Shown one piece after another: positions 32,392-44,300 of a DNA stretch of 64,000 nucleotides. Positions within the stretch are counted from its first letter, which is position 1. Each line of letters starts with the position of its first letter. This DNA is from Paraspadella gotoi (lineage: Eukaryota; Animalia; Chaetognatha), in contig CM119271.1 in the NCBI GenBank assembly GCA_051294375.1, forward strand, positions 3,069,061-3,133,060. Reading direction: 5' to 3'. The position numbers were made by a program, and so were the translations under genes. A model generated the notes under the pieces. That model did no database searches. It saw only the letters and a program-made list of their open reading frames with translations, and was not told where the DNA came from.

Positions 32392-33561
32392 ATGAGCACC
32401 GACTACGAAGGTCAGAAGCGGCCCGCCGATTCTAACGGGTACCACAACAGCGACAGCCAGGACGGCTCGCCCCCATTCAAGAAATGCCGCCGCGGCGAAG
32501 GCCCGAGAACGGAGCTCCGGCTCCTGATGAACAGCAAATCGACGGGAGCGATCATCGGCAAGGCCGGCACCAACATCAAGCGCCTGCGAGAGGTCTTCAA
32601 GGCGGCCGTGACCATCCCCGACTGCAACGGACCCGAACGGGTGCTCTCCGTGACGGCCGAGCTGGGCACCGCGTTAGAGGTGCTTTTGGATATCCTTCCC
32701 CGCACGCTAGAGAGCGCGTCGGGAAACGCGACGTCGCCCGAAGCCGCCAGTGGAGACGTGGAGGCACGCCTGCTGATCCATCAGAGCCAAGCCGGGCCCG
32801 TTATCGGTCGCGCGGGGAGCAAGATCAAGGACCTGCGCGATGAAACCAAGACCAACATCAAGGTGTTCTCCCAGTGCTGTCCCGGCTCTACCGACCGCGT
32901 TGTCCAGATCTCTGGCAAAGCCGAACAGGTCGTCGACACCATACAGCGCATCCTCGAGCTCTCCGCCGAATCTGGCGTCAAGGGGGCCGTCCAGCCTTAC
33001 GATCCCTTCAACTTTAACGACTTCGGGGCCAACGAATACGGCGGCTTCGGGGGCAGCGGAAACTACGCCGCCGCTCAGGGCGCCATGGCTCGTTCCCCCG
33101 CCGGAGGCGGCATGATCCCCACGCGCGGCGGCATGATGGGCGGCGGGCGGGGCGGGCCCGGTCTCATGGGCGCTCCCGGTCGCGGCGGCATGGTCGGCCG
33201 GATGGGCATGAATCAGCAGCGGTACCGCAGCGCCGGCGGCATCCAAGGCATGGCGGACGCGGACGCTCCGCTCGACCCCGCCTTTGCCGGCCAGCCCAAC
33301 ACCGCCCACTCGGTCGGCGAGAAGACGACCCAGCAAGTCTCCATTCCCAAAGACCTCGCCGGCTCCATCATCGGACCGGCGGGGACCCGAATCCGCGCCA
33401 TCCGCGCTCAAAGCGGCGCCCAGATCATTCTGGGCAAGAGCGGCGAGGGTGGCTCCAGCGCCGACGACCGCATCATCACCATCACCGGAACCGAGGAGCA
33501 GGTGCAGAACGCTCAATACCTCCTGCAGATGGCGGTGCGCCAACACTCGGGAAAATACTGA
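32392..33561 (+). CDS. HNRNPK: Heterogeneous nuclear ribonucleoprotein K (intronless CDS)
   Basis: Three KH domains (GAIIGKAG, GPVIGRAG, GSIIGPAG), an RGG region between KH2 and KH3, and C-terminal AQYLLQMAVRQHSGKY. AATAAA at 34596. Confidence 0.96.
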   Translation: MSTDYEGQKRPADSNGYHNSDSQDGSPPFKKCRRGEGPRTELRLLMNSKSTGAIIGKAGTNIKRLREVFKAAVTIPDCNGPERVLSVTAELGTALEVLLDILPRTLESASGNATSPEAASGDVEARLLIHQSQAGPVIGRAGSKIKDLRDETKTNIKVFSQCCPGSTDRVVQISGKAEQVVDTIQRILELSAESGVKGAVQPYDPFNFNDFGANEYGGFGGSGNYAAAQGAMARSPAGGGMIPTRGGMMGGGRGGPGLMGAPGRGGMVGRMGMNQQRYRSAGGIQGMADADAPLDPAFAGQPNTAHSVGEKTTQQVSIPKDLAGSIIGPAGTRIRAIRAQSGAQIILGKSGEGGSSADDRIITITGTEEQVQNAQYLLQMAVRQHSGKY

Positions 33562-35060
33562 GCCCTGACGGGAGCGGGGAGAAACGGGGACGTTGTTTGA
33601 GAGAGGAAACGTTTGAAATGGAATACTGGCCCCCAAGTCCCCCCCCTCCTCCCTCGTAAATTTCTTTCTCTTTTTTGCTCCCCCCCCAATTCTGACGGCG
33701 ACGAGAGATAGTTTTTCTTTACTTTAGAATGAAAGATCTTGACGTTTGGTTTTGTTTTTGTTTTTTTTTTATGCTTTTCATTTTTCAAGTTTAATAATAG
33801 AATGCTACCTTAGATTAATGTTAAAAAGGAATTGAAACGAAATGTTCCTCGATGCCGACGGGAATTTTTTTTTTTTTTTTTTATCATGGTGTAAATCTTC
33901 GGGATAAGTCACTTTGATTTGTTCTGCTTTTTCTCCTGTCTTTACCCATTTCCTTTACCTTCGAACCGATCTGTAAATTTTTCGATGGTCCTACTTCGAG
34001 TAACATCGACAAACTTTAAGGATGATGGCAAAATGCTTTTAGAACGTAGTCCGATTAACGTCTTATCTATGTCAACTCGTAACTTGTTTTTACGTTAGAT
34101 TGTTTTCGACGCCTGGCAATTGCCAACATTCTCAGCATTCCCTTTTTAGCTCTAGTTGCGCTGATTTATTGAGTTTTGATAATCCTATCAATTACCTTTT
34201 AGGAATCCAGACGACCGCCCAAAAAAATTTTTTCGAGTATTTTTTTTTCGATGGTATTATTTATTCCTATATTATGATTACGTAAGTTCAAGAAGGGATT
34301 TTTTTTTTCGTTTTAAGATTTTAAAAAAGAAATCGATTTTTTTTCTCTCTTTTTGCTTCAATTTTTCTTTGTCGTTGTATTTTTCTAATCCCGTTTCTCC
34401 TAATCCTGATCAATGTAGGTATAGATCATTATTTTCAGATTTATAACAAAAAGATGAACGGGAAAAGACTTTTCAAGGTCCTTCGATTTAAAAAAAAAAA
34501 GAAACCTTGCATGCTGCCCATCTCGTTTGTCAACTGGAGGTGAAGTTTTACTTGTAATTTTACCTCCTGAATCAGTCATTTATCACGATTTAATGAATAA
34601 AAGGTAGTTACATGGTCCTTATTTGATGATTTTATTGTATTTAGTCTCAATACGTTTAGATATCTGTGGAAAGCTATTAAAAAGTGAATAAAGAAGCGTT
34701 TGAAATTTGTTTTGAATGTTTGTACTTGTTGAAGTTAGATTAATTAATTTCTCATTCCTGAAGTCACTCGCCACGAAATATATATTGTATTTTAAGAAAT
34801 TATTAAAAGTTTAAAAATGATTTAAAGCGGTAAAATTTGCAAGAATAGCCATCGCTCATAGTAAGAGTAAATAAGTTCGTTTAGAAGCTACAATCGGTCT
34901 AATTTTAGAGCTGTCAAACTTTAATACAATCTTTCGAAATATATCTTAATGAATAAACTTTTTATCTAGTGATTACTTACCGTTTTACTGATGTGACAAT
35001 AAATGAGATTGAGGCTACGCCTTGAACCCACCATGGCTTGTATTAAGTTAGGGTTTAGAA

Positions 35061-35168
35061 TTTGAGATGAGAAAAGTTTTCTTTGTTTTCACATCGAAAT
35101 TTTTAATGTCGGTGATTTTTCATTAAAAATTTTGTTGTGAAAATAAAGAAAACTTTTCTCATCTCAAA
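35061..35168. repeat. Long inverted repeat (about 48-bp arms), MITE-like or foldback
   Basis: tttgagatgagaaaagttttctttgttttcacatcgaaatttttaatg pairs with cattaaaaattttgttgtgaaaataaagaaaacttttctcatctcaaa, with few mismatches. Confidence 0.85.
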
Positions 35169-36141
35169 GCTTATTTATTGAAAAAATATATAATTTTATC
35201 TTGTTGTACCAATTTATAACAGATTTTATTTCATATTTGCAACTAATAATACGAGTTAAGCTAGGTAGTTTTCATTAAGTAAGGTACGCACTAGTCATCC
35301 TACCGTTGACGTTTAGTCAAATAACGAGGGTAAATAATAAGTGGCAAAGTATTTGGTTGACAATAGTTTATTAATGACGGACAATGATTAGGGTGATGAC
35401 ATAGGTAACGATGACACAATGACAAAGGTGATGACAATATTAAATAGTTCAATAATTATTTGAAGAAGAGTTCTTTCTTGAGTTTGGGTGTAGAGGTGAA
35501 TGCCTAGAGTTCTCTTAGCAATTTTGACCATCAATCCCTCCGTCGGTTCCTCTGTCGGTCATTGGTCATTCTAAGGTTGGAAGTAATGTGATTCGTCGGC
35601 ATTCTGATGATTCGTGAAGGAGACGAGCAATCACATCACTAGGCCAACCAAGTCCGTTTATCGGTCCATTCCGTTGATGCTACATTTTAAGTGATTTATC
35701 AGAACTGATAAAGAAAGCCATTTTCTCCAGTGCATATATGTCGAATGTCTACTTATGAACGACTCGGTATTTCGTTTTGAACAATACGACAATGAATCAC
35801 TTCTTCTATTCTCTTCATATTTTCTCAGTATTAAGAAGTCGGATGAAACTATTGCCTTCCCACTCGTTGACGTTGTCACCATTTCTCATGCGATCATTCG
35901 TCACCCGATTTCTAACCCGCCTCCTGTCGGAGACCGCGTCTAACAAATGAACAACGTTATGCGTAATTATTTTGCTTTCACGTTGCTGTCGTCGCCTGCC
36001 TTAGTAATTATCCCGACCTTTCTTCCCCGAGATTAGATCCTACTTTGTCTCGGGACTCGAGGCCGTAATAAAAGAGCCTTTAAACTCGAATCATATTCTG
36101 GGGCGGGTCTCGTTTTAGCGCCGCCCTTCCCACTCCCCGCG

Positions 36142-39100
36142 ATGCACGGCGGCGTGGAGTGGACCTCGGCGACTCGGCGCTTCGTCGCCCTTCTCTTGCC
36201 GACGCTCCTCGTCACGCAAAACTCGGCGGCGTTGTTCGAAGATCAGGCCGGAAAGTGGGACTGGCGCCAGTCCTACGTCGGCGCCGTCAAGTTTTTGGAG
36301 ACTGACGCCGCCTCGAGCTCTGGGGGCGGCACCGGTCTCAAGCGTGTCTTTGTCGCCACGAGAGACAACGCTGTCGCTGCCATCAATGCCAGGTTTTATA
36401 ATATTTTGTGTAACAATTGTATAGCAATTCGAGTTTTTAGATATTAAAGATTGAAAGGCAATCTATTACAATAACCAATCTCCTCCTAAGGACGGGTCAC
36501 CTCCATTGGCGCCACCTCTACAACCAAGGTGACTTGGGCACCATCCACGCCCTATTGGGTGGCGCTCTTTCATATTCTCCCGGCGTAGTCACGGTCTCCG
36601 GCGCCGCTCAACCTCTCGTCCGCTGCTGGCACAAAGAGAAGGGCCATCTGTTGTGGGAGACTGTGCTCGCTCTTCCCGAGCGATCGTCGGGCAAGTCGAC
36701 TTCCTTCTTCGTGACGGCGCTCTTCGCCGACGGCCACGATTATACGAAGAACGTCGTCCTCGTCTTCTCCCACGCCGTCACCGTCCTCAATTTAGAAAGC
36801 GGGAGCGTCGTGTGGACGCATCATTTCGACGCCGCCGAGACGCCGATCGCCGCGTCGGCTCTGGCGGCCCCGGGCTCGTCCAAGGCCGGCGAAGAGGAAG
36901 GTTTCGCTGTATTGACGGTCGAACCGCGAAAAAGGGTAATTAGGTTTAGAGGATATTAAAAGTATTAAAACTTTATGGCTTTGTTCGATATTTTCCTTTC
37001 CTTAGGAAAGAGATTTGTTTTAACGAAACAACGACTTTATTTAAGACATGTTTCGACTCTAATTCACGCTGATGAAGACTCGAATCAGAGTTGAAACATG
37101 TCTGTTTTATCTTAAATAAAGTCGATTAAAAAAATATCGATTTGTTTTAACAAACAAATCGATATTTTTCTTTACAAAAATCCACAAAGTCAGATCCCAA
37201 ATTGCTAAACTTTATGAACACAGCAGTAAAAAATATCATAACTTGGTATCAAACTTACTATTCAGTATTCAGATACCTTACCTTACCCTACCTTACCAGG
37301 CCTTCGTCAAGTTCTTCGACTCTCAGACTGGCGACATTGACGAGGTGAGGGAATTGGCGGCCGATTGGATCCCATCCGACGGCGACGTCCCCTGCGCGAT
37401 CGACGCCGCGGCATCGCTGCTTTGTTTCGACCGGGATGCGCGCCTTCTTCGCTTCGCCGCCCTGCGGAAGCAAGTGAGGACCGGAGAGGGAGACGGGGTT
37501 GGGATGAAACGTCTGTTGAAAAGGACGGAATTTAAATTTTTAGTTGTAATATGAAGTTGAATGAACAGTTCGAAACTAAGTCTTTTCCCTTCTTCCATTC
37601 TTCGCAGTCTAAATTTCTCGCCAAGTCTCTGGAGTTTGTCTTCGAAGGCGACGACCTCATTGAGGTTATCTCTCCCATGGGCATCAACTCTGGGCTTTTT
37701 CAAATGAGCCTTTCTAGCGGCGATCGATCCGTCGTCGCCGTGAATGCCGACGGCCTCGTCCCCATCGTCGCCCGCGCATCTTCTCCGTCAACCTTGGTCG
37801 CATTCGGCGACGCCCGACTTCTGCTCCGCGTCGAATCACGCCTCGCCGGTGCCGATCCATCTGGGGACAAAGATGTCGACGGCGCCGCTACGACTCATCC
37901 TTACGTCCTTAAATTCGCCGACGCCAAGACCGGCGACGACCGGCCCGACCTCGAAAAGTCTCTCGATCTCGCTGGGTGGCGCGGCGATGCGAAGGCGCTG
38001 GTCGGCGTCGCCTTTTCCTCCAAGAAAGACGCCACCGCGGTCTCCTTCCGTCTTGTGGCGTCGATGACGGACTATTCCCTTCTGCTGGTGACGACGCCTG
38101 GAAGAGCGGCGTGGATTCGCGAAGAGGCGCTGGCGTCTGTGCTGAGCGTCGCCATGGTCGACCTGCCTATCTCGAAGGTGCAGGCGGCGCTTTTCCAGGA
38201 TCAGAACGGCGGAAAGAAGGACGACGTCCTGACGGCTTTCGTCAAAAGGATCTCCATGCAGGTTGCATCCTGATTTCCGTTTTCTTTTTCGGGTTTTAGC
38301 CGAAAATCTGTTTTGTTCGTTGCATCGCATGAGTTTCTTTGTTTCAGGTTGACCAATTTGTGACCTTCATGTACTTCCTCCAAGACAAGTTCCGCGTCCG
38401 TCTCCCTCCTGCTCGCGACGCCCAAGGACGGCCAGTTCGTCGAGAACATTCCTCCTCTTCCTCTTTGTCCTCCTCCTCTTCTTCCTCTCCGACTCGCGAC
38501 ATTTTCGACCCTAATCCGCCCGACATGGAACTCGTCCGTGACGAGTTTGGACTCCGCAAAATCATCGTCGTCTCTACGGCCTCCAGCAAGTTGATTGGGC
38601 TCGACTCGGACACGGGTTTGTTTTGAGGGCTGTATCGATAGTTAAAAATAATTATTTCTTAATCTAGTGGTATTTTGCCCTAACTCCTAGGCTACGTCAT
38701 CTGGCAGCGATATCTCCCCCGCCTTCGCCCCTTCGATTCCTCCGCCACCGGCGCCCGCCCCTTCGGCGCCACGCATCTCTCCATTTCCCCTCTCTTCGTA
38801 CTTCGCACGTCGGCTCACGTCTCCCACGACCCGCTCTGCGTCGTCCTGGGAAAATCTCCGACCACCGGGGAGGGGGTGGCCTTCGAGTTCAATCCGCTCA
38901 CCGGCGAACCCACCGGCGCCGACGCGGATCCCGACGGTTTCGTTCCGCTGGGCTTCATGGTCGCTCAGGCTACGCTTCTCGACGCCGCGTTTCCTTCGGC
39001 CGACGACCACGTGCGCGGCGTGCTTTTTCTTGATAGCTATTCGAACGTGCGCGTACGGCCGGCTTCGTTGAAGACGGATTTGAAGGTATCGAGTATCGTG

Positions 39101-40667
39101 TTTACGATTTGAGTTTGTTTATAAGCCAGGGGAAGATGATGGTTAATGTGGATGATTTTGGTTTAATGTTTTCATAATTCTTGCAAAAAAAAAGGTTTGT
39201 TTTTGACTAATTTACCAAGCGAATAAATTCTACTATGAAATTTTAATGTCGCCCAAACTCCTTCATAGGATCATTTGGCCTCGTATTACATGTACACTTG
39301 CGACGCGGTCAAGGGAAAGCTGGAAGGGTTCGCCATCGACGTCGATTCTCCCGAATGGAAGGCGAAGAGAGTGTGGAATGTAAAGATCCACCCGCGTTTG
39401 GGGGCGATCACTCGCGTGGTGGGGAGACCCCCGGGCGAACAAACGCACTCTCAAGGAAGAGTCTTGGCCGATCGAAGCGTCATGTACAAGTGAGCCTGTC
39501 AATTTTTTCTCTAAAACTTTTTCGGGTTAATTTATTAATTAATTAATTGATTTTAATTTAGCCGACCTGAGTTAAAGGGGGTTTAGGGGTGGTTTAGGGT
39601 TAAAAGGGTTTAAGGTTTGGGTAATTACGTAATATTTTTTTAAATTTATTTAAAAAATTTAAATAAATATTTTTAAGATGTTTTTCAAAAGTCGCCCGGT
39701 CGGCGAAAGTAAAATTTAGCCACTTTTTCTTCTTTCCCCAGATACCTCAACCCCAACCTCGTCGCCGTCGTGACCGAGGGCGAAGACGACTCGGTCAATT
39801 GCGAGGGCACGCCGGCCCTCCAGTGTTTCCGCGGTCAGATTTCTGTCCTCCTCATTGACGTTATCACCGGCCACATAGTGTTCAGCACTGTGCACAAGAA
39901 GTGTCGCGGACCCGTAAACATCGTCCACTCGGAAAACTGGCTTGTCTACACTTACTGGAACGAGCGATCACGCCGCAACGAGATCGCCTCGATCGAACTT
40001 TACGAGGGAAAAACGCAGTCGAACACGACCATCTTCTCGTCGCTGGATCTGCCGCTCGTCACGCCCATGGTTGAGCGCCAGTCTTTCATCTTTCCCGGAC
40101 ACGTCGACGCGATGGGAGTGTCGATGACGGAAAAGGGCATTGCCAACAAGGTGGCGATGGGAGGAGAAGCTTTTTTTTTTCATATGAATTATAATTTTAC
40201 AATTAATGCGAACAAGTTGGGCGATTCTTGTATAATTATACCAAATTACGTTCCACTTTCAGGACATTCTTCTTTCTCTGGCCACCGGCGGCCTTCTCGA
40301 ACTCCCTCGTCTTTTCCTTGACCCCCGTCGCCCGGTGGAGCCCCGACCGGAAGACCGCGAGGAGGGCCTCATACCATACGCCCCTGAGTTGCCCATCCCG
40401 CCGATTAGCATCGTCTCGTATAATCAAACGATTCACCGGGCGAGGGGCATCGCCTCCGCCCCTGCTGGGCTCGAGTCTACCTCTCTCGTGCTCGTCCACG
40501 GCATGGACCTTTTCTTTACGAGGATTTACCCTTCGAAGATGTTCGATCTGCTCAAGGATGACTTTGATTACTTTTTCATTTCCTCGGTGCTCTTCGGACT
40601 CGTGGCAGCCTCGTTTCTTTTCCAGCAGCTAGCGGCGAACAAGACTGTACGACGGGCGTGGCGATGA
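36142..40667 (+). CDS. EMC1: ER membrane protein complex subunit 1
   Basis: Signal peptide then ALFEDQAGKWDWRQSYVG, WIREEALA, RDEFGLRKIIV, HSQGRVLADRSVMYKYLNPN, VHSENWLVY, LESTSLV and FDLLKDDFDY plus a C-terminal TM. Confidence 0.97.
37032..37124 (+). ncRNA. Minimal hammerhead ribozyme motif inside an inverted repeat (Penelope-like relic), in an EMC1 intron
   Basis: CTGATGA (37069-37075), stem II GACTC/GAGTT, and GAAACATGTC (37093-37102) with palindromic ACATGT and a GUC site. The flanks are inverted repeats. Confidence 0.6.
39551..39714. mobile_element. MITE-like element with 17-bp imperfect TIRs in an EMC1 intron
   Basis: ttttaatttagccgacc (39551-39567) matches the reverse complement of ggtcggcgaaagtaaaa (39698-39714) at 15/17. 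The interior has degenerate TTTAGGG-like repeats. Confidence 0.5.
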
Positions 40668-41361
40668 AAAAAAAAATTCCAATTCATGGAGGACGCGGGA
40701 ATACCGAGCCCCTAGCGGCTGCAGTATCAAACGATCTCTATTTGTTAGAAACAAAAACCTTAGAAAAACAAAAACTTCAGATTTAGTCACATTTTAGTTG
40801 TTCGAATATACGACGGTTGAAATTATCAAGTGCGGCATATACGGTGTATGTGATCATCTTCTAGTGTCATTCTCATTTCCTTTTTTTTTTACCATTCTTG
40901 ACTTGCTTTTTTTTCTTCTTCAGTTTACAAAAGGGAAGATCGCTCGTTTGTTCTTGTGAAGTAGAATCTTTATATACAGACTTTGCTGAAAAGATAACAG
41001 ATCCACTCAGCGTTCTATAACTGTGTTATTGTCTCATTGGATGGCGTTTTAAACGAACATTAATATTCTTTGTTGAAAAAAAAAAAATTCACGGTCTTAT
41101 CAAAAATTAAAAAAAATAAAAAAAATAAAAATAAGGCTACCATCCCATTGCTTTCAATTGCTTCTTGTTCTCATTCGCGTTCGTTTTTTTTTTTTTTCGT
41201 CACTCTCATATTTCCGAGTCACTTTCCGTACATCGTCAAACCGCCCATTTTTCTTCTTCTTTTGAAGCGAACCTTGACGATCTCCTGACAAAAGATATAA
41301 AAAAGAAAAAAAGTCGTCCTCGTTCGAATCCTTATATAGAAACCGAATTCCGGGGAAAAAC

Positions 41362-44300
41362 ATGAATCGTGGTTACGGTCAACGCAACAACAGCGGGGGC
41401 GCCGGCCTTGGCGGCGGCGGCCTTGGCGGCGGCGGCCTTAACTCCTGGAAAGGCGCAGCCGGCGGTGGATACGACTCTGGTCACTATGGCGGGGCGAGTG
41501 GCGCTGGCGGTGGATCTAGCGGCGGCAGCAGCAGCATAGGGCTCGGCTTCGGACATTCGTCTTATGGTGGCTCCGCTGGAGCTGCTGGCCAATCCCGTGG
41601 AAACTATGGTGGCGTGACGTCTGGGGCCAGCGGCGGCTACGGCGGTCAATCTTCCCTCGGTGGCGGACTCGGCAGCCAAGGAAGTGGAATTGGCGGCGGC
41701 ATCGGTGGGTCTCAGGGTGGCTCCCACGCCGGGCCTCATGGCGGTTCTCATGCTGGGCCCCACGGTGGTTCCCACGCCGGGACTCACGGTGGTTCCCACT
41801 CTGGTTCGCACGGCACATCTCGCGGAAGCTCCCAGGGCGGGTCACACAGCGGTTCTATGGTTCCTCCATCGGCGCCTCATATTCACACTGGGCCCGCGAA
41901 ATCGCACGGAGGTCCGCAAAGCGCTTCTCACAGCCCTCTCGGAAGCACAGGGCCTATGGGGTACGGTGGAGGCCGTTATCCTCCCGCCTCCTCCACCTCG
42001 GGCGGTGAAAGTTGGGGTGCGGCGCCTTCTCGTCAACAATTCGGTTCTGGAGCAGCGGCGGCATCGAGCTCTCGTTACGGCGGGTCAGCTTCGTTAACTG
42101 GAGGCGTCACTGGCGGTTCCATCGGCAGCGGCGCTAGCGCTATCGGCGTCGGCAACGCTATGGGTGGCGGCGCTGGAGCTCTCGTTGGTAGCGGCGGCGC
42201 CTTGGGCGGTGGTAGTTCCATGGGCTCCAGCGGCTCCGCCATAGGTGGATCCGGTGGTCGCTATGATGCCTCAAAGTCGCAGAACGGCAGCGACGGCATC
42301 TACTACCAAGGTCGACGCATCGACGGGTTCGGTCAGCCCACGTCGTCCGCGGGTCGCGGCTCCAGCACCGGGGCTGGCTCATCTGGTAGCGGCTCTTACG
42401 GCGCCCAGTCTTCCATGCGCGGCGACGCCGGCGCCAAGCCAATGGATGATTCCCGTCGTCGTCTCGACAAGCAGCGGGACGAAGAGGCGAAATTGCACGA
42501 TCGAAGGGAGAAGGAGCGACGGGAGAAAGAAGAGATGAGAAAGAAAAAGGATGAGGAAGAGAAGATGAAGCTCATGGTCGAATTGAAGAAAAAGGAAGAG
42601 GCGGAGCGTCGTCGCGAGCTCGACGTCAAACGCAAGATGGAGGAGCTTAAGCGGCGCGAACAGGCTCTCGCCCAGCAGGAGCGAGATCTAGAGATGAAGC
42701 GCAATAGAGAGCTCGAGATGAAACGTCGAGAGGAGCGGGAACGGGAGGCTTACTCGCAATGGCGGGATGAAGAGGAGCGCAGACGACAGGAGGAGGCCGC
42801 CCGAGTTCAGATGCGCGAGGAGGAGGTGCGCCAGCGGGAGATGGAGGAGATGCGTCGCGAGGAGATGCGACGAGCGGAGATGGAAGAAATGCGTAGGGTC
42901 GAAGAGCAGCGACGTATGGAGATGATGCATCAACAACAACAACAGCAGCAGCAGCAACAGCAGAGGATGATGGCCAGGGGCAGTTTGTTGGGCGGGCCGC
43001 CCATCGGGCCGCCCCCGACGGCTGGAATGGGGGCGCTGAACGCGCTGAGTCAGCATCTGTTGGCGCAAGCGCACGGCGGTCCCGGCATCGGCGTCTCGAG
43101 CTTTTCCGGGGCTTCGCGGGGTCCTGCGAGCGGGAGCAGAGATCGCGCACTAAAGCGGGATCGCGGCCGCGACTCCAGGCGATCGCCCGTCGCTTCTAAG
43201 AGGCCGAAGTCCAACGCGGATCGTCGCAGCCGCGAGCGTCACGGTCGAGACGATCGACGCTCCGGCAGCAGGAGGCGCGACGACAGGGGCCGCGGCGGCA
43301 GCGGCAGGGCCAACTCCAGGAAGAAGGAATCGGCTGAGAAGGAAGAGGACGACGACGGTGGACTCGTCGTTCTCGACGAAGTCAACGACGACGACGAGAC
43401 GAGCAAGAAATCCGAAAAGGCCGAGGGGAAACGCGGGGAAAAGAGGGACAGGGAGAGCGAGAAGAAAAAGAGAGATGCCGAGCGTGCCGCGCGTCATAAG
43501 AGGTTGGAGGAAGAGAGAAAGGAGAGGGACAGGGCGGACGACGTGCGAAGGGTGCTTTACGACATGGTGCGCAAGGTTGCGCACAAGAGCCGTTTCCCCG
43601 ACGAGGAGGTGCAGACGGAAGATCTGGTCGGGATCGAGCCGTTGGCCAACTTGTTGGACACGTTCAGGAAGGAGGAGGCTGTGAGGAGGGAGATGAGGAG
43701 GAAGGAAAGGGAGGAGAGAAAGAAGAAAGAGGTGGAGGAGAAGAAGAGGAAGGAGGCCAAGAGGAAGAAGGAGGAGGAAGAGAGAAAAGCGAAGGAGGCG
43801 GAGCAGAAGAAGAAGGAAGAAAGCGAGAGGGAGGAAAGGGAAAAGAAAAGAAAGGAAGAGAGGGAAGCTAAGGCTAAGAGAGAGAAGGAAGCGAAAGCTA
43901 AAGAAGAGAAGGAATCCAAACCCAAAGAAAAAGAAGCTAAGGTAAAAGAAGAGAAAGAAGAGAAGGATGAGGAAAAAGAAGCAAAGGTTGAGGAAGGTAA
44001 GGTGAAGATAGAGTCGATGGAAATCGAGAAGAAAGAACAAAACTCCACCACAGAAACGCAAAATGGCAAAGGATCCGAAGGCGAGGGAACAAAGGAATCC
44101 GACGACGATTGCGTCGTCATAGAGTCGCCCTCTCCGTCGAAGAACGCCGAAAAACCGGCGCCAACCGAATCCAAGCCGGTCTCGACGCCGAAAAAGTCGC
44201 CGGGGCGTGCCAATCGCGGGGGGCCGCGCGGGCGCGCTCGCGGCCGATGCTCCTCCAGGGGCGGAAGAAAAGCCACGCCGGCTCCGACGCCGACAGAGAC

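Noticed and set aside
35350-35445. Degenerate ATGAC repeats as a CRISPR-like or satellite array
   Set aside because: They are short and irregular with no constant repeat or spacer length, and the context is eukaryotic.
39617-39627. Minus-strand TAATTACCCAA resembling part of nematode SL1
   Set aside because: It is only an 11-nt match with no following donor or Sm site, and it lies inside a MITE-like element.
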